A stretch of 64,000 nt of DNA, taken from positions 11,831,615 to 11,895,614 of the forward strand of contig JAUZTB010000077.1 in NCBI GenBank assembly GCA_034780895.1. The letters run 5' to 3'. The notes beneath the pieces were generated by a model that was not told the DNA's origin, ran no database searches, and was given only the letters and a program-made list of their open reading frames with translations. This stretch comes from Rhynchobatus australiae. Lineage: Eukaryota. Below are positions 55,626-64,000 of this stretch, in pieces. Numbering within the stretch: the stretch's first letter is position 1; each line of letters begins with the position of its first letter. Made by a program: the position numbers and the translations under genes.

Positions 55626-58377
55626 CTCCACCTCTCCAATCTTCCAAACTATGAGATGAGGAAAATCATGTCAGAAATCATAATCCATCAACTCTAAATA
55701 ATTGCAGTTGAATAAAAGGAGTGAAAGGTTTCAAACTGCCTTTAAGCATCAGTGGATAATGATCTGAACAGCAGGTGGCAGTACCATCTCAGTATAAGCA
55801 CAAGTAGGCAATCATTAATTGGCCTAATTTTAATTAAAAGCTTTTCTTTATTAAAGACCTTTCTGTTCTTTCCACAGTGTATTTAGAATTATTCAGCCAG
55901 TAAGGACAGAACTAAACTGAAATATGGTTTATAACTTGAGGCACTGAAAGACACGTTTGCATATTTCCCAAGCCAGCTTCTTAGGGATTCCACCACCCTC
56001 CAACCCCCCTATTGCAACCTATTATCAAATGTCAGTTGTATGGAGGTGTTCCCCATTGAAGGTTGAAATCTATAAGTCATGCATGGTGCTACTCCTTCAT
56101 CCTGTAGTCAAAGGTCATCCCTCTAACTCCAGTAACACGATGTAAGGTATGCAGTATTTCTCTTTACAAACAAGGCTCACAGGCTTTATTCAAACATTAT
56201 TGTTTTCTTTTAATAACCCCTTGTCGAAGTCTCAGTGGAACTCACTACTGGCCAGAACTCAGTAATTTCAAGCTGTTCTACTGTAATGCAAATTTTGTGA
56301 CTTAAATACTTCAGCTTGGGTTCTGCGTAGTGTGACAGAAAGAGAAGAAGGTACTATCGTGCACAGTACCAGCTTTTATTAAAAACTTGGATTAAAGTTC
56401 AAATGTATATTGTAATCCAAGATTTATGGTATGCAGGAACGATTTCTGCCACATCACAAAAATGAAAGACATGACTTGTACTCTATCCATTCATGCTTCA
56501 ATCATTCTAACTGAATGAAAATGCTGCCCCAACACTTTCAAATAAATCTGTAATGCCAGCCCACCACTGTAGAATTTCACAGAAAACAAAACATGAATGT
56601 TTTCTCCAAGACTAAACTTGAGTTTGAAGATATTCTGATGGGGAAAAAGTAGCTGTTTCTCATTGAAATCACAAACTATGTTCTCATTTCTGACAATAGA
56701 CTTTTGTTATTTATGACTTGTCGAGCTGGAATAAACATAACTCGATGCAACTACTGAAAGGTAATTTAGTGCTTAACAAATTTCAAATCATGGCAATCAG
56801 TTAATGTATCTGAGATTAACATCTAGCTCAGATTTCAGCAGATTGATAAAACCAGCACTCCAGAGCAGTAGTTCCATGAGGTTCAATGCTTATTCTCTGG
56901 AGGGATAGGAAATGAACAAGCAGGTAATCACAGAAGGGGAAAAGAGAGTGATATCACTACAGTTTCAATACAAATGCCCCACTCAAAATATTTACTTCAA
57001 ATTTTCTAGTTGACCAAACACAATCTGGATTATGGCTCATTAAACATTTCCACTCAACATGACCACAATCTCTCAGCAGTTAAGACTTGGACTGCTTCAT
57101 TCCCATTCCCAATGTTCCATCCTTGGCTTCCTGTAGCAAGCTCAATGCAATTTCCGGGGGTAGTACCTCAACATTTTTATTCCTGTTCCTCAAACAGCCC
57201 AAACACCAATTTTAAAAATTCCAACCAGGTCCATTTTCCCCACCCAGTCAACATTATTCCCTGCCATTACTCACCTTGTGTTGTCCTGATGCTTTTTTCA
57301 TAGCCTGACTACAATCACCAGGGTGTGTGACCTAGATCTTTGCACCCTTCCAGTTTTTAATACTGCCATTAAATTTATGAGCTACCTCTTTTTGTACCAA
57401 TCATTGAAGTTGACTTGATCTATTACTGCTCCCTCCCTCCTTCTACTGGCCAATCCCAAAAATTACCTCATTTTTCTTTATGCCACTGTTTTATGATTGA
57501 GTGCGTCCACACAATGTTAACAACCTTGGTTTGAGGTCAATAAGCATTGCATGTATCCATAGCATTTCCAACCTGCGTTTTTGTACAATTTGCGTTTAAT
57601 ACATTTTCTTGTACTTGCACAGTGTGCAGTGTTCCTGACTAACAACCACATCATATAGTCAATAAATTTGATTAGAGCAAAAAAAAAACAATCTTGTGCA
57701 GCACTTTTCAATGACATCAAGTCTCTCTCAATGGTTACCCATCCTTGTATGTTACCGTTCTTCACGAGACATTTTTTTTAGAAATGAATAATCATTCCTC
57801 ATTTTTCTAGTTTTGATATTTTTCTCATTATTCACATTATCAGCATCATTCAAGAGCATCCTTAGTTGCTTTTGAGAAGATAACGGTGTTACCTTCTTAA
57901 ACTATTTCAGTTTATGTAGTGATTGTACTCCCACAGTGCTGGTACTGAAATGCTGCATAGAGATAAGGGATCCTGTCAACTCTCATGCTGTATTAATTCT
58001 TTACTCAAGTGAATTATTATTCTATGGAGCAAGGAAATGTCTCCCTCAAAGAATAACTATGGCTCTTGATCTATCACATGCATGGACTATCAACTGATTC
58101 CTTGTAGTTTGAACTTCTGTGTAGCATGAAGTTAAGAAACTAAAGGAAGCAATTTAAAGTAGATTGTCATCCACCAATGTTATTACCTCACTTTACTACG
58201 TGCATTAGGATTGAGTTTTATGAAAAATTTACATGCTTTTACCGCTATCAATAATTGTCAATCTTTTTGCTTGGCAAAAATGTATTGCTTTATTTTACAT
58301 TACATCACAATCAGCAGAAATGGCCATGTATTGCTGTATTTGTAAGCAAGTCATCTCAAGTAGGAGGAAGTCCTTAC

Positions 58378-58554
58378 CTCTACCATGGCCTTGGGCAAAA
58401 GCTCAGCGCGGAAAAGTTGTAGCATTGCATCCATAATGTTCTTCCACCCCTCTCTTAGAATATCACCATGACGATGTGACAAATTAAACACAGTCTTGGC
58501 TGCCAGTTGAGCCTTCACGTTACTACCAAAAACATTTGGAAGATTCTCTACAGA
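58378..58554 (-). CDS. GBF1: GBF1 exon (HDS1)
   Basis: SVENLPNVFGSNVKAQLAAKTVFNLSHRHGDILREGWKNIMDAMLQLFRAELLPKAMVE, 177 nt. Confidence 0.96.
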
Positions 58555-59387
58555 CTGCAGGAAAAGAGCAGAATACAACTGATTAGCAACAAATAGAAAG
58601 CCCAGTACCAACAGCTCATTTAATTAAGACTGACAACACATGAAAAACTGAAGGAGAAAGATTCAGCCCAAGAACGAACTGAATTGGAGTGATAATAGAA
58701 AGGGAGAGGAACAAGAATAATGCAGAGTGCAGGAATACATGAATGAGACCATAGTTAGTTACGGATTTGTACATTGTCACTCAGGATATAACAAATCCAT
58801 GAGCACATTTTAACAAGTGGATAATATGCACCCAGATGTGTTACGTGTGTTTGAGATGATACATAATATCACACAAATATTACTCAATGATACTAAATAA
58901 GTGAAAGAGGGGAAAGAAACATACTGCAAATCTGCTCATTACCCACTTCTGAAATCTGATCAGTTCTTTTGAAAGTAATGTGATCCTCAAAGTATGAGTA
59001 TTATATTCATAGTTAAACAGTTGAACTTTAAAGCANNNNNNNNNNNNNNNNNNNNNNNNNNNNNNNNNNNNNNNNNNNNNNNNNNNNNNNNNNNNNNNNN
59101 NNNNNNNNNNNNNNNNNNNNNNNNNNNNNNNNNNNCCTCCTCTTCCTCCCGCCCCTCTCCTCCTCTCTCCACCATTACCACCTCCTCCCCCCTCCCCCCG
59201 TCCCGGCCCCGGTGCTGAGGAGACTGAGTGCGGCAAACTCCGTGCGCCTCTGCACGGCTGCTCGCCTGAATCTGCCGGAACAGCGGGAGGGGAGGGTCTG
59301 AGGACACCACCCCCACTCCCCACACCCCCGCCGCGGGCCGGGCCCGGCCGGGCGCGGAAACGGAAGGGTTAACGCTCTCCGCCGACT

Positions 59388-59397
59388 GGAAAGTCCC
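59388..59397. promoter_or_regulatory. Canonical NF-kB binding site
   Basis: GGAAAGTCCC is the reverse complement of GGGACTTTCC (Ig-kappa/HIV kB element), about 205 nt upstream of the ATG. Confidence 0.75.
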
Positions 59398-59473
59398 GAA
59401 GCCCGGCTCTAAGGCAGCGGCGGACGGCGGCTGAAGGCAGAGGCAGCCGGAGCAGCGGACGCTCGGAGCGGGA

Positions 59474-59590
59474 GCGGGATCCACTGCGGTAGGACCCCGG
59501 CTGCGGGATCCACTGCGGGACCCCGGCTGCGGGATCCACTGCGGGAGGACCCCGGCTTCGGGACCGGTGCGGGACCCCGGCTGCGGGAGC
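59474..59590 (+). repeat. GC-rich minisatellite in the presumed 5' UTR
   Basis: About 4 copies of a 25-29 nt unit gcgggatccactgcgg(..)gaccccggct, directly upstream of the ATG. Confidence 0.85.
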
Positions 59591-59601
59591 CGACAGCCGG
59601 C

Positions 59602-59893
59602 ATGGAACTCCCCGCAAACCTGTCGGACAGTAACTTGGGGAAAGCGGCGCGGCTGCGGGCTGTGATCGCGGACGATGTGGTGAAGCCGGCGGACGGACGG
59701 CGATCCCTGCACCACCTGCAGAATCTGCACACCCACACGCTGCAGCTGCCCAGCACCAAGCCCTACCCGGCCCCGCTGCGCAGCGTGTTGGAGCGGACGC
59801 TGCTGGACCCGGAGCTGAGACGAGCCCTGCACGCCGCCAGGACCCTCAATTGGTGCCCGGAGCTCCGCAGGCAGCACCCGCTGCGGGTGTCTG
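59602..59893 (+). CDS. First coding exon of a divergent A20/TNFAIP3-like OTU deubiquitinase, antisense inside a GBF1 intron
   Basis: Strong Kozak context ggcATGG. MELPANLSDSNLGKAARLRAVIADDVVKPADGRRSLHHLQNLHTHTLQLPSTKPYPAPLRSVLERTLLDPELRRALHAARTLNWCPELRRQHPLRVS-G|gtaag aligns end to end with A20 residues 1-99 (LP..L..SN..KA...R....D..KP..G..HH....H..TL...LNWC.E.R...L...G). The phase-1 donor falls just before the expected GDGNC catalytic motif. Confidence 0.85.
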
Positions 59894-60424
59894 GTAAGCG
59901 AACTGTCCTCGTAGCGGAAACCGCTCTCGCTCGGCGGCTCCCACCAGGCGCCCGTTTCACGGGAGCTCCGAGTGCGCGGGGGTGGGGGCGAATTTCAACC
60001 ATCCCACAGTCCACCGAGCCGCACCACGGGTCTGGGCCCGGAGACGGAACATCAGACACGGGGGACCACCCTGGGGCCAGAGTCTTTGTTCCCGCGGGTG
60101 TGAGGGGATTTGGGGGAAAGGCAGATAACAGATGGGTGAAAGATCAGGTAGTGTCCCGAACCTCGGAGCCTCTCCCGGGACTGACTGACTCCCTCCTCCT
60201 CATTCCACGGTTGTTGCAACAGCGAATTCCGTGCAGTGACCTCCCACGGCGGGCTGATCCGCTCGTTCCTGGCAGGACGTGGGTGAAGATTCCTCCCCTC
60301 CCCTCAGGAAGTACCTGCTTAAAATCAGAGCATCATCTCCCGGGTGTCGGGCTACCACACTCGGACAGCGCCATGGGAATTATTGAGTACCAGACAGCGG
60401 ATCAGCCGGCCCCTGTGGAGAGGG

Positions 60425-60570
60425 GAGCTGTTAACGTTCCGGGGAACAGCTCTGATGAAGGGTCCTTGACCCGAAATACTCGCCCCTTTTCTCCCTCCAC
60501 AGATGCTGCCCCCCTGCTGAGGATTCCCAACGTTTTCTGTTTCAGGTTTCCAGCATCGGCGGTGTGTTGT
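60425..60570 (+). mobile_element. Penelope-type terminal repeat with a hammerhead-like core
   Basis: CTGATGA-A-GGGTC-ctt-GACCC-GAAA...ctccacagatgctgcc...ctgctgaggattcc...tttccagcatc. Confidence 0.6.
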
Positions 60571-61971
60571 GGTTTTCCAGTTAGTGTGGCAACTATTTAA
60601 GGCAATAAATGCTGGTCAGACTCTGAACCCAGAATAGAATTATTCATTAGTCGATATTTTATGTAGATAACTTTCAGAGGTTGAGGCATTTTTACACGCA
60701 GAGGCCCTCCCTTAAACAGATGGAGTCAGGGGTTTTGCTGGGCATGAATTAATCTCACTGAAGTGATATCCGCTCAGGTGAATTTCGGCATCTCCAGAGC
60801 TGGCAGAACTCCCTCACTACCGAGTCGGAGACAGCTGGGAGGGGAAAGGGGGTGAGACCAGCCTGCGCCCAGTCTGTAATCATTTCAACACAGAATAATC
60901 AGTGGCAGATACTAAATGATCCATGAGAGACATCGTTACATAACGGCTCATCATCCCCAAAGTTCCACAACTGTTGTGTGGGAAAATGCGACATTAAGGC
61001 CGTCCTGTTACCCAGCGAGCTGAAGAGAATAATCCAGAGAGGGTGAACGTCAGAGGGGCGCTGAGCTGTTCTGTCATTGATTGGAAGGGGATCCAACACA
61101 TCAGGTAATTTCCTCGGGAGCTTCCCTCACTAATTATCCACCACTTCCTCCAAGTAGCAGTAAAGAATAAATATTTTATGAAGGCAATGCTGAGGAACCA
61201 TTCACAGCATTTGTCTGCCCATAAAAGATGTTGATTCGATGAGATATGATATGTTCTATTTAATCATTGCCATTTGTGCACCATCTTCCTCGTATTGTAA
61301 TTGCTGAGGAAGATGAGAAATGTCTTGCAATCCTTGAGTAGATCATAAGTATGTTTCCACCTAGTGTTGAGGTAGCCACCTTATTACCTGCCACCTACCG
61401 CACCTCCGTGAAGTATCACCTGAGACCAGGGCAGTTTTAAACCTACATCCAGATCTGTAGCCTTTTGCCTTCAAAGAGTCCTGGGCTGAGTATTTTTCAC
61501 TTCACCCATTGGGTCCAGACCACCAGCTGCTCCTGTTCCACCGCCTTCAGTATATTTCTTTAACAGATGTGGTAACTAAAATGAACCAATGACAGAAACA
61601 ACAGCTCATCTAAATTCTTCTGAATTTTTGTTTTGAGAGGCATTGACTATGAAAATCATTCTAATTTAATGAAGATTAACCGCAGGTATGACTTTAAATA
61701 AATGTCAATAGGACGGGATGCAACTCAAAACTATAAGCATAAATGCTGTAGGAATCTTTTGTGATGGAAAATGCAGCAAAGTTGATTAAAGCAAGAGATA
61801 AAACAACATGTTTCACTTAGCTAAACGACCTCATGACACACATTATTACTATCTTGCACAGAATTCATTCCAGTATGTTTGAAGCATGCATGTTCTATGC
61901 ACACACTTCTGCCAAGCAAAGATGGATAAAATATTGAACATACAATTGATTAGCATTTGGTAACATTTTAC

Positions 61972-62208
61972 CTGAAACCAGATATTGCTTTCTGTATTAT
62001 TGTTTCATCTAAACTCTTGTCAAAGACATAGGAGAGTGCCGCTATGGTGGGACCCCAGGTCATGGTGAATAGGTCATGATCAAAGCTTCCAGGAGGCACG
62101 TGGAGGAATATGCCTTCTGGTGAGCTCCCACGATTCAAAAGTAAGTTCCATATATAGTTCTCTCTCACAAAACCCGTTTGTTCCTCTGGCATCACAATTT
62201 CATCATTC
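61972..62208 (-). CDS. GBF1: GBF1 exon (end of Sec7 domain / start of HDS1); the gene continues beyond the window
   Basis: (K)NDEIVMPEEQTGFVRENYIWNLLLNRGSSPEGIFLHVPPGSFDHDLFTMTWGPTIAALSYVFDKSLDETIIQKAISGF(R), 237 nt, ttttag acceptor and gtaaaa donor. Confidence 0.96.
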
Positions 62209-64000
62209 CTAAAAGGTAAAAGAATTATTTGCTTTCAGAGATATTTCAGTTGCACAGAGAGCAATAGAGAACTATAATGACATTTGATTCTGTAAATTCA
62301 GTTTGAGTCTTTTGTTTCTAACCAACATTTTCTTTTAATATTGCAGTAGTTTACTTTTGAACAGGAAGAAAAAAGTATTCCAGGGATAAGCATATTTTTC
62401 AACTTGTGTACTGTTATGTCAGCTTTTATCTGTAAATTAGGTATAGCTAACATTTGTCCAGCCCAAAAGAAATCTCCCAAACAAAAACACCTTTCAACAT
62501 CAAACTGTCATAAAATCTAAAATAAAAAACTCTACCTACTAATATAAAATCTAATTGCCATATTGTACTATTTTGTAACTTACAATCCCTTTACAACCAC
62601 ATTTCTTGTTTAGTTAGTATTCTTCTCAACAATAACAAACAGCAGTTAATCTATAACAATAGTAAAGATATGACTAAGAATTATTAGGATTTCATTGAGT
62701 AAATGCTCCATCTGCTGTGATACCGATTTACACACAAGAAGAAAAACCAATCCCTGGAGCGTGTGCATGTCAACCATCAGAATTGCTCACAAGACTTGTT
62801 GACTGGGATCAACATTTTCTGATAAAGATCACTCAAACAAGCCTGTCAGGTTTCAGTTTCCAGAGATAAATTGACCATATGTGATTTTGAAAACACTAGT
62901 AAAAATCCTGGAAGTCTATTCAAAAACAAGAATTTAACTAATCAGTAGCCATAAACTCATAACTGAACCATATTCAGGAGCCATTTGTGGATTGCCAGCT
63001 GTTTTGTTTTCGAACTTTTTTTTTTAAATGTCTTCATCAGTTTTATTTTTCCAGTTTTCCAAATTGACACAAATAAGAATGCTGATCAATAACTCCAAAT
63101 CTTTTGTGTTACAATACAAGATTATATAAAACAAATCAACTCATGCATCTTTATATTATTTTGTAGCTAAATAGAAAATAATTCATTGGATGCGAAGTCC
63201 TTTGAGGATGTGTCAAGTTGGTTAATAAATACTTCATTCTTTCTTTCCAGTTAAATTTAGAAACATGAAAGAGTCCCATGAATCAGTTACACTTACCATT
63301 AATACCCTTAGTTGGTTCGGATAAAAGTTTTTTTTAAAACACTAATTCCAGAAGTAAAGCTAACTTTCAATAATTAAAAAGCATGATTCCCATCATCAAA
63401 CAACCTAGGTAAACACAAGAACATTCTGCATCTTGGGTAACTTGAGCTGTTAATCTTTGATGCAGCCAATCCTTGCATTACAGTGAATTAAACTACATCT
63501 CTAAAAATCTTTGCCAAGCTCTTCCTCTCTGACACTTCCCATGAACTTATAAACGTTACAAAAATCAAAATCTGCATACTCAGTGGCAAGACTCCAGTGG
63601 TGGGAAGGGCAATGATACAAATAGTTTCCAACATCTAACTGGCTTATCCAGCTTATCACTACACATTGCTATTTTTAAAAAGCATCACAGCCACTGAGGT
63701 TTATGAGGAACATACGAACCAGATCAAAAGGACAATCATCAAATTTTGCTTCCTACATAACTGGCCTATCAGTCCTTAATTGAAGTGATTTGCACTTAGT
63801 GTATTAGATATATTTTTCATATTTCTGAGCGGTCCCCAATGAGTTCACTCTCACAGTGATCACCATCTCTTTTGAAAGTCAAGACTTCAAAATGAACCCA
63901 AAATTGCAACTAGCCACAGAAATGCTTTATTAAATTTATTTACAAGTTACACTAACAGTTCACATTGAGTAAAAACAGCAAGCATTGATGTCAACAGATG

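Larger units (their letters stand above)
59136..60430. promoter_or_regulatory. CpG island / promoter of the A20-like gene
   Basis: Abrupt GC- and CpG-rich block in an otherwise AT-rich, CpG-poor window. Contains a GC box (ccgccc near 59148), tandem ETS-like CGGAAA/CGGAAG (59355-59366) and a kB site. Confidence 0.8.

Noticed and set aside
58880-60059. Long minus-strand ORFs (296, 147, 116, 98 aa) over the CpG island
   Set aside because: Stop-poor GC-rich shadow ORFs that cross a minisatellite and an N gap, with no recognisable protein.
59894-60600. C-terminal 235 aa of the 332-aa ORF 59602..60600
   Set aside because: Similarity to A20 stops exactly at a GTAAG donor. The remainder is GC-rich intron read-through that ends in a Penelope terminal repeat.
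61761-61790. gtgatggaaaatgc, (G)DGKC, as a possible second exon of the A20-like gene
   Set aside because: No AG acceptor in front of it, and the following residues do not resemble LxHAxSxxMWG.

Overview
This is vertebrate genomic DNA from a gapped draft assembly. The repeat content (CR1, Rex-Babar, Penelope-like elements, V-SINE- and Deu-SINE-like elements) suggests a cartilaginous fish; that assignment is an inference. Two convergent genes fill most of the window. MACROH2A2 (H2AFY2) lies on + with all 8 coding exons (5295-22158, 377 aa) and one GC-AG intron. The 3' half of GBF1 lies on - with 18 exons found (62208 down to the stop at 28855); one expected 94-nt exon is missing, probably in the gap at about 59036-59135. 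The standout is a CpG island inside a GBF1 intron (about 59136-60430). It carries a perfect NF-kB site, a GC-rich minisatellite and a + strand first coding exon (59602-59893) for a strongly diverged A20/TNFAIP3-like OTU deubiquitinase, ending in a phase-1 GT donor at the same position as in A20. This is a candidate NF-kB-inducible A20 paralogue interleaved antisense with GBF1. All homology statements come from manual comparison with remembered human sequences, not from database searches.
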